Of a stretch of 64,000 bases of DNA, positions 40,529 through 53,251 are shown piece after piece. Source of the stretch: Psilocybe cubensis. Taxonomy: Eukaryota. The stretch is from the NCBI GenBank assembly GCA_017499595.2, contig CM039007.1, positions 1,178,001 to 1,242,000 on the forward strand. The letters are read 5' to 3'. The notes beneath the pieces were generated by a model. It worked only from the letters and a program-made list of their open reading frames with translations, made no database searches and was not told where the DNA came from. A program made the position numbers and the translations under genes. Position 1 is the first letter of the stretch; each line of letters begins with the position of its first letter.

Positions 40529-43114
40529 CTATACAAAATACGGCATATTGCTCTAAAGGAACAAAAAATCAGAGAAAAATCAAGTCAGCGAAAAATTCAC
40601 GGAACGAAGATCTAAATATATAAAAAACACTCACCCCGCCTCTCCGCGCGCCAAACCCGCCACCCATACCCATTCCGCCTCCCATACCTCCAAGTCCCCC
40701 AGCGCCCATCGCGTCTCGCTCGTTCTCTGCAGCCGCTTCGAACACCTCAAACGTCTGCCCGCCGTCATCGCGCACCGTCATAATGCCCGCCATGTTCCCG
40801 CAGCGGTAGCAGTAGTTCGGCGCAGACCATACGGTGACGAGCTGCTTGTCGAACATGTACTTGTACCCTTCTTGCACGAGCTGGTGCGCGCGTGCGATAA
40901 GAGAGAGCGCGTTGACGTGGTTGAACTGGTTGGTTTGATGTGTGTGTACATGTAGTGTTGAGGAGGTAGGATGTGCGTAAACGTCCCAGATCATGAAGGG
41001 TACCAGATACACGGAGGATGTGGAAACCGTTAATGAGCGACCATGTATGGTGTGCGACGCGGATGGACGCGTTGGGCGATAAATCAAAGACGTACCTCTT
41101 TGACCACACTGCCACCAAAAAGCCACCCTGCCCCTCGCGGACTCACAGCCCAGTTCTCGATGTCGTCCGGATCTGACCACATCAGATCTATATGTATGTG
41201 GTGTGGATAATTTGAATCAGTGATTAACGCGTCAGTTTTTCGTCATTTGCAATGCAATGCAAGGAGAGAGAAGAAACGAATGGAGACGATGTCGAGAACA
41301 GAAGCCAAATTGAATCTGGGATCTACGCCGGCATGCCCCAGCATCAACTGATTCCCACCTAGACCATCACAAACCTGGCCCGATGACCAGCACAAAAGAC
41401 ACCAGAACTTCACATCCCATCCAAAGTCCATGCCATCCTTGAAGAACGCTCTGGCACTTGTCATTGCCCTCCAAAAACAGATCCAAACTCAAAATAAAAA
41501 CCCAGAAAAAAGGAAAACAGAGAAGAGAGAAAACTTCATCAGAGCAAAATCAAAGATGAAAACGTACCGCAAAAAGCACCTTCATGCGGGATTTCCTGCG
41601 CGCGTGAGAGCGTCCGGATCGAGTCAAGCGTTCGAATGTCGGGTGACAGGCCTCCGTGCACGCATAGTGTGTGCCCATCGATTATCTGGGAGGTGGTAGG
41701 AAACGGGGTGGAAGTTGGTGCAAGGTGATAAGAAACCGGGCGGAGTCAAGTGGAATGAATGTATTGTCCCAGAGGTGTAGTGCATGTGGGCGATGTGAGA
41801 TAGGTTGGTGAATCGACACAGAAAAGAGGTAGGAAGAGAAGATGGGTAGAAGTGTCGTTGATCCAGAAATATAGGAGATGCGATAAAGGAAGGTCAACGT
41901 TGATTCACGGATGAAAAGCCAAAAATGTGGAAAAACAAAGTTGGTCCAAGGTGTGAATTGCGACGATATCCATAAAGAGAGGAAGTGTTTAGAGAAGGTT
42001 GAACGAGGGAGCATCGAGAGCAGAAGGACGAGTCAGTGCATACGATTCAGAGACATAAGCACGGTAATACACACGGCAGCAAGATTTAGGAAATCGAACA
42101 CCCCACAACATGTCTTCCATACTGTCGCACTACCGTACTTCTGTTGGCACTCGTCTGTTCCGGATATTCGTTCGTAGTCGAAGTGGCCGCATTATAAGGG
42201 GTTTGGCAAAGATCGAAGATGGGATGTTGAAATGAGAGATGAGAGTGTGTTAGCCGTTTCTTATCGCAATAGTGGATGTAATTGTGATGGATAGAAAACG
42301 AAGATGAGATACGAACAAGAAGAGAAAGGAACGGGTAGAGAAACAATGAATCATGAAAACTCGAAAACGAACCATAGAAACCGTATACCTGCGTAATCTG
42401 ACGGCTTTCGTGGTTCCCGCGTAGGAGGGTTACTCGATCGGGATACCTGGGTTGGGGTAAGGGGAATGGATGAATCAGGTCGTTGCCGGCGAAGTCACAG
42501 AGTAGAGTAGGAATGCGATGTAGTCGGAAGATATAAGGCACGAAGAGGGAATTGGAAAAGCAGGGATAAGAAAGGTCGAGGCACGGACGCACCTCGCTTT
42601 TAACGCGAATAGAAGGGAAACTGTCTCTAGGCTGTAATGGCCTCTATCCACGAAGTCGCCCTATATCATCGATCCCAAGTAAAAATAATCAACAAGGCGT
42701 CAAACCCAACAGACTGTTTTTTCCCGTCGGGGGAACCGCGACCCACATCTCGAACCCACGTCAAACCAGAACCCAACCATCGAAACCAAGCATCATGTGG
42801 AAGCAGAAAGACAAGGAGAGAGACTATCACATACATACCATAAAGATGTAACTCGTCCCGGGAACATCCCCACCCTTCCTCAACAACTCTAAGAGATCCC
42901 AAAACTGGCCATGAATATCACCGCATATCGTGACGGGTGACGAGACGGGTTGGATATTGCTCTCTTCCAGTAGGATGTTCCGTACCATCGCGCAGAGTTT
43001 TTTCATGTCAGGTTCAGAGAGGTGTGTGCAAGTCTTTAGCTGGGCAATCCATCTATCTGGGTCTGAAATGCTTGAAGATGAGGGCGAGGATGGGGATGAG
43101 GCGGATGTGGACAT
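40529..43114 (-). CDS. SIT4: Ser/Thr protein phosphatase PP6 catalytic subunit (Sit4/Ppe1 type)
   Basis: PPP motifs GDIHG, GDFVDRG, RGNHE, HGGLSP, DLMWSDP, SPRGAG, RAHQ and [11 protein letters not shown]. Sit4/Ppe1-type [16 protein letters not shown] and GWLFG. Last exon SNMPYFV*. Confidence 0.92.
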
Positions 43115-44140
43115 AGAGACAGAATAATCGAGCAGAAATGGGTGTATTGGTATACGAATCGATCAATAGGAACTTCTAGGCTATGGCTATGTGGGATAGA
43201 TAGCAGATATGTTGGAGAGTTGAGTGAATTGGTGAGTGAGTGCAAGCATGACTGTCGGAACTGATTATGGCAAACCGAAGACCATGGCGTGGGAATATTT
43301 TATTCATTTTCGACTCCCGTTGACTTCTTTCAAGTATTTAAAGGGGTTTCTCTACATTCAGAACGAAATCGTATGCCATGACAGACTGCATCATTTTAAG
43401 CCCTCTATCGAAACAAGTGTGGTTTTTTAACATGCCTATTTCATTAAGCTTCCAATTGGGAACACCTGACAGCGAGGCAGAGGCAGTGTCGTCCGAGTAC
43501 GGGTCTATTGGTTCGAGATAATTTAAAACCGTGAAAAAAGTAGAAGATGAATATCATGACTTAAAATATGTGATAAATGTCATCCAACTTGTCTTCTTCA
43601 AAGGTTGACTAAGCATACTAGCTGCTAGCAGCACTTCAATCTCATGGAGAGCAGCAAATTCTGCGTTATCGATGTGTACAGTTCCAAGTCTGTTAATTCC
43701 CAAGCCTCTTATGTATTAAGCTGAACTATAATCAGCTTTTACTCTGTTGCGAACTCAACCGGTACTGTTCTGCTTGTTTCTAAAATTCAATTGTTACTAT
43801 TTAATTTCCCTTTATTTTTCCATCCGCTCCGGACTTTTTCCAATAAGTTGCTTGAGCACACGTATTTGGAGTATTTACCTGCCTCACGAGGTTGTACCTG
43901 TTATACTCTCAATGGTTTTACGTGGCATGCATAGATTGGGGCAGCAGTCCGCGCGATGTGCCAGGTTGGTGCCAGGTAGAAATCAAAAGCGTGAGAAAAT
44001 TCACAGGACGCGTTTGCAATACGATGATGTGTCCTGCTCGCTGCTGGTAACACGACGACAGCGCTTCCTCATTCCACCTACATTCTACGAACTAATCAAC
44101 CTGCGCAAGGCTAGCACCGCAGGGTCCGCTCATATCCAAA

Positions 44141-47100
44141 ATGCGGCTCTTGGCAGCCATCTCCCCCTTCATCACTCTTTCCGGTTTACTACAACTATCA
44201 CACCTCACTCAGTCGGTTTATGCGCTACACGAATCGGACGTCGGCGTCGTTGACTGGCATAAACATCTTATCGGTGTACCTCACTCGAATGCACCTGTCA
44301 CCGCACCTTCCTTTGTGGATGTCAATCTCGACGAGACGGAAAAGGGCACTGCAATCGGGGTGAATGGAACGAAGACTGTAATCGTCACTACAACCGGAAA
44401 TAATGTCCTTGCAGTGCTCGACCCGGAAGACGGCGCTGTCCGTGCGTATAACGTTTCTTATATCGTTAATCAATGCTACTGAGAAATATATGCTTACTTT
44501 TTTGTTCTGTGGACAGTATGGAGGCACATATTCGACGCGGAAGACCGGGTAGCGGGATACTACAAGAGCAGCACCAGTACGTTTCTTGCTCAATCTTTCT
44601 TCATAACCCGTACTCACGTATCATATTGCTCTTTCTGTATTCCCTTTGACCGATTCACTATAGCACTCGCGACACTATCCGGACCCGGTGGTTCAACACT
44701 GCGCACTTTCTCCCTACTCACTGGCTCTCTCCTCCTTGAAAAGAGGCTACACCACCCAGCTAATGGCGCGCTCTTGGAACCAGCACATCTCGGAAAACAG
44801 GTTGTGTTCAGTCGTGAAGGAAATGATTCTAATGGAAATCAGAAAGATGTATTGTACGTCCTCACCAATGGCTGCGAAGTACGAAAGCTCGACGCGCAGA
44901 GCGGGAAGGAGATGTGGGCATGGAAGTCGCCTGATCAGGGGTGCGCACTGTTCCTATCTGTTTTCCTTTATCTTATCTTCGCTCTCCTCGTTCCATACCT
45001 TCGTAACGCTCATTTGTAGATCCTTGACAATCTACTCCGACATCCTCATCTCCCCGTCCTCCCAGCATATACACTTGATAGGCCTCTCATCATCCACAGC
45101 CTCATTTACACTTCACACCACCGCCCTCTCAATCTCCTCCGGAGAAGTTATCGAGAACCTCAGCGGAGGCGTGCCAAGCTCAATATCAGACCCTCTCACT
45201 CAATTTTTCGTCGTCCGTGCCAGCGCAACATCCAAAGATACCGGGAAACCGGTGATTCTATGGTTATCGAAATCCACACTGTATTACCTCCCCCTCCCTT
45301 CAACCTCCTCCAGCAAGCAATTCAAACCCCGCCCACAGGCTCTCAAGAACTCGGGTTCTGCGGGATTGGAGAAACTTGTCGACGTCGGGTTAGGTAAAGA
45401 AGGTCATGTTGTGGTGGGGAGGAGTGATGGCAGTTCGTTGGTTCTGAGAGTCGCGGAACAGGGTGAAGAAGAAGTTGTTGCGGAGAGTGTGTGGGAATTT
45501 GAGGGATCGGTGCGCCTGTTTTGCTAAACGCTCATCTCTGTAATTCTGGCTAACGCTTTTTCGCCCATTCCTGCCTTTGTTTATTCCGAACCGCTGCATT
45601 GACATACATATTGCTAATATCTCGCTCTTACGACACACCCGTTATCACTTTCGATCTAACCCATTTTCAATTCATCTTGATGGTTATTTCCTCGTTGAAA
45701 TGGCGCGTAGGCGACAACTTCAACACAAGCTGAGTCTATGTACGCCGGTGGTCTGGACGCGCGCGGTGCACCCGCTGTGGGAAGGGTGTGGTGGGATCAT
45801 GCTGTTCAGGTGCGTCATTGGTTTCATTTCTTGACTTTCTGGTATTTTCGTATTTCTCCGCGTTATGCTTCGCTGGTTCTGTGGACACCTATTTTACCCA
45901 GTATATGCACTTTTTTCACTTCCGAGCACGAGAACTTACGTTTCTCCGAGCGTTTATGACATATTTCCATCTATGTCCATTCAATTCCCAGGATATTCCC
46001 TGGCTTTTAGATGACTGACGACATTCCCTCTCACAGAAAGCGTCAGCAGACGTATACACCGTCCAATCCGAGGCGTCCACACAGCAAGCGCCACGTCCTT
46101 TTGCGTTTGCGTTTGATACCCAATCCCATGGTGTATTGAGCCACGTAGGTGTTTTTCCTTTGAATCAACGTGATTTCGCGTTCTGATCCATATTCGAATA
46201 CGCTCTAGGTCGCCCTCGACGGTCCGCGCGATGCATCGTCTACGCACGCCAGGGTCCTCATTACCACCACCACTGGTGCCGTACAGCTTTGGTCTGCGCC
46301 CTCTTCTTTAGAATTGGAACCTGTGTTGCATTGGACGCGTGAGGAGGGCCTAGCTGCTACGGTCGTCGCTGAGTTTGTTGAGCTACCGGAGGGAGGAAAA
46401 GGCGCTGATATAATCGCGAGGGAGAGCGAGGAAGGGTTCCCAGGGAGGTTGAGTAGGCAGATTGTTGACGCGCAGGTGTGTTTTGGGTTTTCTTTTTTGT
46501 GATTTTCTCGAGAAAGTTTGGATGAGCCGGCGGCTTACCATATCTATCTTTGATATCCACGTCCCAACTGACTAGCTGACTGACTGGGCCGATTAACTAG
46601 GGTTTCCCAAATTATGTCGTAAACTTCATCAAACGATTCACTTCCTCTCCAGCTCCAGCCGCTGCCACCGTCGTTATCGACTACCGCGCGCTCTCCAACG
46701 CCGCAACACCTCCATCAAACGATTCCACTACCACTTTAGCCCGCGACGCGTTTGGCCACCGGCAATTGATCATCACTGCTACCCTATTCGGAAAGGTATA
46801 TGCTATCGATACTTCGACAGGCGCTATTGTTTGGAGCAGAGTGCTCGGGATGGGATGGGTCGGTCGAGCGGGTATGGGTGGGAGAGTGATTCCGGTGAAG
46901 TTGTTTGTGATCAGGGCTGTTGGAGATGAGGCTGTCACGAGTGAGGGCGACGCCGGAGATGTAAAGGGAGACCCGGAGGTCGTGCTTGTTGGGCAAAGGA
47001 GGGCAGATAATGTGAGTTTGAGGTTCAGTTTTTTCGTGAATTTTAGGATTTAATCTCATGGTGGGATATAACTAGTCCCTTGTTGACACTGTTATATTCC

Positions 47101-48843
47101 ATATAAATGCGCTCACAGGCGAAGATGTGCTCCCTTCCTCGAAGAAGAGTGCTTCGGATATCTTGGCTGAGCTTGGGGTCGAATCTGAAGGCGAAAGTGA
47201 AGAGGCCGAGAAAGAGAAAGAGAAGGAGGAGGAGAAAAAAGACGATCAAGATAATGGAGGCATTCTTGAAGGACAGGATATCGTTGCTGGACCAGTGGTC
47301 GAAGTGTACATACTGAATGCGGAGGGAAGAAAGATTATCGTACTATTGGACGAGTTTTTGCAGGTCCGTTTCACTCCACCTTCCTTCGATCTTCCCTTGA
47401 TTTTATTTGAACGACCTGGTTACTCTCGTTTTTATAGGCATACATCTATCCCTCTAACCCAACCGCTGAGTCTGTGTTCGCTCGCGCCCTCCCAAGTCTA
47501 TCTTTCCCACTTCGCGCACACGTCGAGTCGCGGCACCGTATCGTCGGTCACAAGCTCGGGCTTCCACCAAAAGACCAGTCCCACTTCAAGCCAACCGCAT
47601 ACCCAACATGGGCAATTTCTCTCCCAGCGGGCGAAGAGATTCAGGCCCTCCTCCCACAGGCACCGACGATGGGCCACGCCAAGGGCTCGGGCGTCGCGAG
47701 CGTAGGCAAAGTGTTGGGATCGCGCAAGACCCTGTACAAGTATTTGGACGAACGACTATTCGTGGTCAAGACTGTGGCGAGGAAGAACAAGGTCGACGAG
47801 GAAGGTAATGCCAAAACGGATGTCATGTGTGGTATATATGTCGTGGATAGTGCGAAGGGTACCATTGTGTACCATGCGGAAGTAAAAGCTTCGCCTCCCG
47901 TGCCATCGTCGGACGCACCGGGCACACCGGGTGCGGGCGCAGGCACTGTGAGAGGGGGAGGTTGTGATATCAAAACGAACCTCGTGGAGAATTGGCTGGT
48001 GTATCATTATTATGAGGCAGAGGTTGCTGGTGGGAGTGTGGGCGGAGCGAAAGGATATCGTATGGTCAGTGTGGAGTTCTATGAAGGACAAAAGGCGGAT
48101 GATAAAATTATGAGGTGCGTTGTTATTTCTTTTGTTTTGTCTGATGGTGGTTAATTGACACATATACGCGCAGTTCGAGTATCTCGGCATATTCGAATGA
48201 TACGCTCAACTACTCTGTGTATGAGCAGGCATATGTGTTCCCGTCCGCTATCACGGCTCTGGCCACAACTACGACCAAGTTTGGTATAACTAGCAAGGAT
48301 CTCATCGGTAAGCTCCTCTAACCAATACAAATGGGTTACATATTATTCAAGTTTTTGCATGTTCTGTTTTTGCAGTTGCCACAGCGAACAGGAAGATCCA
48401 GTCATTCCCTAGGCGGATCTTTGATCCTCGGCGCCCATCGCGCAAGATGACAGCTGAAGATCAGGAAGAGCTCCTCATCCAGTACGACCCTCTGATCCCC
48501 AACGATCCGAAGAGGGCGCTATCCCATAACTACGACGTAAGTCATTATTTCTTACAGTCCAGGTCTGTTGTTAACTTCTGTTTTTGAATCTCTCGATGAC
48601 CAGGTTGCAAACGTGCAAAAAATTATCACCGCTCCTGCTCTTCTCGAGTCGACTTCGCTCGTCTTCGCATACGGCCTCGACATGTTCCTCACGCGCGTGA
48701 CACCGTCCAACACGTTCGACGTTTTGAGCGAGAGCTTTAACAAGGTGCAGCTTGTGCTTACAGTTACGGGTCTGTTGGTCGCGATCTTGGTGACGAGACC
48801 GATGGTGAAGAGGAAGAGCTTGAGGGAGAAATGGTATAATTAA
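44141..48843 (+). CDS. EMC1: ER membrane protein complex subunit 1
   Basis: Signal peptide plus ALHESDVGVVDWH; WTREEGLA; VGKVLGSRKTLYKYL; ENWLVYHY; TTTKFGITSKD; LESTSLVFAYGLDMF; FDVLSESFNKVQL followed by a C-terminal TM segment and KRKSLREKW. Confidence 0.93.
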
Positions 48844-49117
48844 ATAATTTATGTAGGATGGATACTAAAAGAATGGATGGTTCTTTGGAATCTGACCATA
48901 GCAAACCCTCAGCCTTCAAGCGGGAAAATGGAATGAGATACGCGTTATTTGGTAAACAACCCCACCAGTACTGAGCGCTAGCCTTGACATGCTCATAAAG
49001 AAAGGACACAAATTTATGCATAGAAAAGCTAGATGAACGTTACGACTGCCGATGCAACATTGAGTAATATATACGTCGTCTACATCGAGTGTTAGATTTT
49101 TAGCTCTCCGGCTAGGA

Positions 49118-49795
49118 TTACAGGAATATTTCGCGTGTTCGGGTTATTTGAACTCCGGAGGATTGTGCAAAGCTAAGAGCGCTGGGTTTTTGGGCTCGAG
49201 CAGTTACGCCCGCAACTTTGTCGGATGAGAGACAGCAGAACCGGACAATTTCCATTACGAATTTCTCGAGGGTGAGATAGGACGTAGGTTCAATTTCCTG
49301 AGGCATATTGTTAGGAAGGGCTGCAAAAGAGATACAAATGTACTACAAACCTTGCAAAGGCCCGAGACGATCTGCTTGTAATCGGGGGATTTCACCTGAG
49401 ACAGTTCCGTGTTTTCGTGAAAGGTAATGTTAATAATAACGCGTTGCTTTTCTTCTCGTTCCGGAGGATTGACGCCGATAATGACTGGGAGGACGATATC
49501 GTTCACAGAAACATTCTTCGATGACATAAAATGAGGTGGGCCTTTGGCGATCGTTGTGTCTACAGAGAAGCCGCTGGCAAGGAGAATCATCTTCGGCACA
49601 CCCAGAACCACCCGGACTTCAGAAGCTGCATCGCCAGCCAGATCGAACGCGCGCTCGCTGACAGCCTGTATCAGATCATCGGCATCTGCAAACCCGCTGC
49701 TTCTCTCCCCTGCCTCCTCTTCGGACGACCGTTCCTTGATGAGGGTGCTGATCGTCTTGGTGAGATGGCCGTAGTGCACCGAGTCGAGGACGTTG
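49118..49795 (-). pseudogene. 5'-truncated copy of the dihydroneopterin aldolase gene (fused in frame to antisense EMC1 sequence)
   Basis: Matches the DHNA gene from NVLDSVHYG to the stop; lacks the native promoter and roughly the first 57 codons. Confidence 0.85.
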
Positions 49796-50910
49796 ACCCT
49801 GTACAAGTATTTGGACGAACGACTATTCGTGGTCAAAACTGTGGCGAGGAAGAACAAGGTTGACGAGGAAGGTAATGCGAAAACGGATGTCATGTGTGGT
49901 ATATATGTCGTGGATAGTGCGAAGGGCACCATTGTGTACCACGCGGAAGTAAAAGCTTCGCCTCCCGTGCCATCGTCGGACGCACCGGGCACACCGGGTG
50001 CGGGCGCAGGCACTGTGAGAGGGGGAGGTTGTGATATCAAAACGAACCTCGTGGAGAATTGGCTGGTGTATCATTATTATGAGGCAGAGGTTGCTGGTGG
50101 GAGTGTGGGCGGAGCGAAAGGATATCGTATGGTCAGTGTGGAGTTCTATGAAGGACAAAAGGCGGATGATAAAATTATGAGGTGCGTTGTTATTTCTTTT
50201 GTTTTGTCTGATGGTGGTTAATTGACACATATACGCGCAGTTCGAGTATCTCGGCATATTCGAATGATACGCTCAACTACTCTGTGTATGAGCAGGCATA
50301 TGTGTTCCCGTCCGCTATCACGGCTCTGGCCACAACTACGACCAAGTTTGGTATAACTAGCAAGGATCTCATCGGTAAGCTCCTCTAACCAATACAAATG
50401 GGTTACATATTATTCAAGTTTTTGCATGTTCTGTTTTTGCAGTTGCCACAGCGAACAGGAAGATCCAGTCATTCCCTAGGCGGATCTTTGATCCTCGGCG
50501 CCCATCGCGCAAGATGACAGCTGAAGATCAGGAAGAGCTCCTCATCCAGTACGACCCTCTGATCCCCAACGATCCGAAGAGGGCGCTATCCCATAACTAC
50601 GACGTAAGTCATTATTTCTTACAGTCCAGGTCTGTTGTTAACTTCTGTTTTTGAATCTCTCGATGACCAGGTTGCAAACGTGCAAAAAATTATCACCGCT
50701 CCTGCTCTTCTCGAGTCGACTTCGCTCGTCTTCGCATACGGCCTCGACATGTTCCTCACGCGCGTGACACCGTCCAACACGTTCGACGTTTTGAGCGAGA
50801 GCTTTAACAAGGTGCAGCTTGTGCTTACAGTTACGGGTCTGTTGGTCGCGATCTTGGTGACGAGACCGATGGTGAAGAGGAAGAGCTTGAGGGAGAAATG
50901 GTATAATTAA
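49795..50910 (+). pseudogene. 5'-truncated EMC1 3' fragment (repeat unit 2)
   Basis: TLYKYLDER...KSLREKWYN with introns intact; no promoter or N-terminus. Confidence 0.85.
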
Positions 50911-51184
50911 ATAATTTATGTAGGATGGATACTAAAAGAATGGATGGTTCTTTGGAATCTGACCATAGCAAACCCTCAGCCTTCAAGCGGGAAAATGGAA
51001 TGAGATACGCGTTATTTGGTAAACAACCCCACCAGTACTGAGCGCTAGCCTTGACATGCTCATAAAGAAAGGACACAAATTTATGCATAGAAAAGCTAGA
51101 TGAACGTTACGACTGCCGATGCAACATTGAGTAATATATACGTCGTCTACATCGAGTGTTAGATTTTTAGCTCTCCGGCTAGGA

Positions 51185-51862
51185 TTACAGGAATATTTCG
51201 CGTGTTCGGGTTATTTGAACTCCGGAGGATTGTGCAAAGCTAAGAGCGCTGGGTTTTTGGGCTCGAGCAGTTACGCCCGCAACTTTGTCGGATGAGAGAC
51301 AGCAGAACCGGACAATTTCCATTACGAATTTCTCGAGGGTGAGATAGGACGTAGGTTCAATTTCCTGAGGCATATTGTTAGGAAGGGCTGCAAAAGAGAT
51401 ACAAATGTACTACAAACCTTGCAAAGGCCCGAGACGATCTGCTTGTAATCGGGGGATTTCACCTGAGACAGTTCCGTGTTTTCGTGAAAGGTAATGTTAA
51501 TAATAACGCGTTGCTTTTCTTCTCGTTCCGGAGGATTGACGCCGATAATGACTGGGAGGACGATATCGTTCACAGAAACATTCTTCGATGACATAAAATG
51601 AGGTGGGCCTTTGGCGATCGTTGTGTCTACAGAGAAGCCGCTGGCAAGGAGAATCATCTTCGGCACACCCAGAACCACCCGGACTTCAGAAGCTGCATCG
51701 CCAGCCAGATCGAACGCGCGCTCGCTGACAGCCTGTATCAGATCATCGGCATCTGCAAACCCGCTGCTTCTCTCCCCTGCCTCCTCTTCGGACGACCGTT
51801 CCTTGATGAGGGTGCTGATCGTCTTGGTGAGATGGCCGTAGTGCACCGAGTCGAGGACGTTG
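51185..51862 (-). pseudogene. 5'-truncated dihydroneopterin aldolase copy (repeat unit 2)
   Basis: Same as 49118-49795, shifted by 2067 bp. Confidence 0.85.
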
Positions 51863-52977
51863 ACCCTGTACAAGTATTTGGACGAACGACTATTCGTGGT
51901 CAAAACTGTGGCGAGGAAGAACAAGGTTGACGAGGAAGGTAATGCGAAAACGGATGTCATGTGTGGTATATATGTCGTGGATAGTGCGAAGGGCACCATT
52001 GTGTACCACGCGGAAGTAAAAGCTTCGCCTCCCGTGCCATCGTCGGACGCACCGGGCACACCGGGTGCGGGCGCAGGCACTGTGAGAGGGGGAGGTTGTG
52101 ATATCAAAACGAACCTCGTGGAGAATTGGCTGGTGTATCATTATTATGAGGCGGAGGTTGCTGGTGGGAGTGTGGGCGGAGCGAAAGGATATCGTATGGT
52201 CAGTGTGGAGTTCTATGAAGGACAAAAGGCGGATGATAAAATTATGAGGTGCGTTGTTATTTCTTTTGTTTTGTCTGATGGTGGTTAATTGACACATATA
52301 CGCGCAGTTCGAGTATCTCGGCATATTCGAATGATACGCTCAACTACTCTGTGTATGAGCAGGCATATGTGTTCCCGTCCGCTATCACGGCTCTGGCCAC
52401 AACTACGACCAAGTTTGGTATAACTAGCAAGGATCTCATCGGTAAGCTCCTCTAACCAATACAAATGGGTTACATATTATTCAAGTTTTTGCATGTTCTG
52501 TTTTTGCAGTTGCCACAGCGAACAGGAAGATCCAGTCATTCCCTAGGCGGATCTTTGATCCTCGGCGCCCATCGCGCAAGATGACAGCTGAAGATCAGGA
52601 AGAGCTCCTCATCCAGTACGACCCTCTGATCCCCAACGATCCGAAGAGGGCGCTATCCCATAACTACGACGTAAGTCATTATTTCTTACAGTCCAGGTCT
52701 GTTGTTAACTTCTGTTTTTGAATCTCTCGATGACCAGGTTGCAAACGTGCAAAAAATTATCACCGCTCCTGCTCTTCTCGAGTCGACTTCGCTCGTCTTC
52801 GCATACGGCCTCGACATGTTCCTCACGCGCGTGACACCGTCCAACACGTTCGACGTTTTGAGCGAGAGCTTTAACAAGGTGCAGCTTGTGCTTACAGTTA
52901 CGGGTCTGTTGGTCGCGATCTTGGTGACGAGACCGATGGTGAAGAGGAAGAGCTTGAGGGAGAAATGGTATAATTAA
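51862..52977 (+). pseudogene. 5'-truncated EMC1 3' fragment (repeat unit 3)
   Basis: Same as 49795-50910, shifted by 2067 bp. Confidence 0.85.
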
Positions 52978-53251
52978 ATAATTTATGTAGGATGGATACT
53001 AAAAGAATGGATGGTTCTTTGGAATCTGACCATAGCAAACCCTCAGCCTTCAAGCGGGAAAATGGAATGAGATACGCGTTATTTGGTAAACAACCCCACC
53101 AGTACTGAGCGCTAGCCTTGACATGCTCATAAAGAAAGGACACAAATTTATGCATAGAAAAGCTAGATGAACGTTACGACTGCCGATGCAACATTGAGTA
53201 ATATATACGTCGTCTACATCGAGTGTTAGATTTTTAGCTCTCCGGCTAGGA

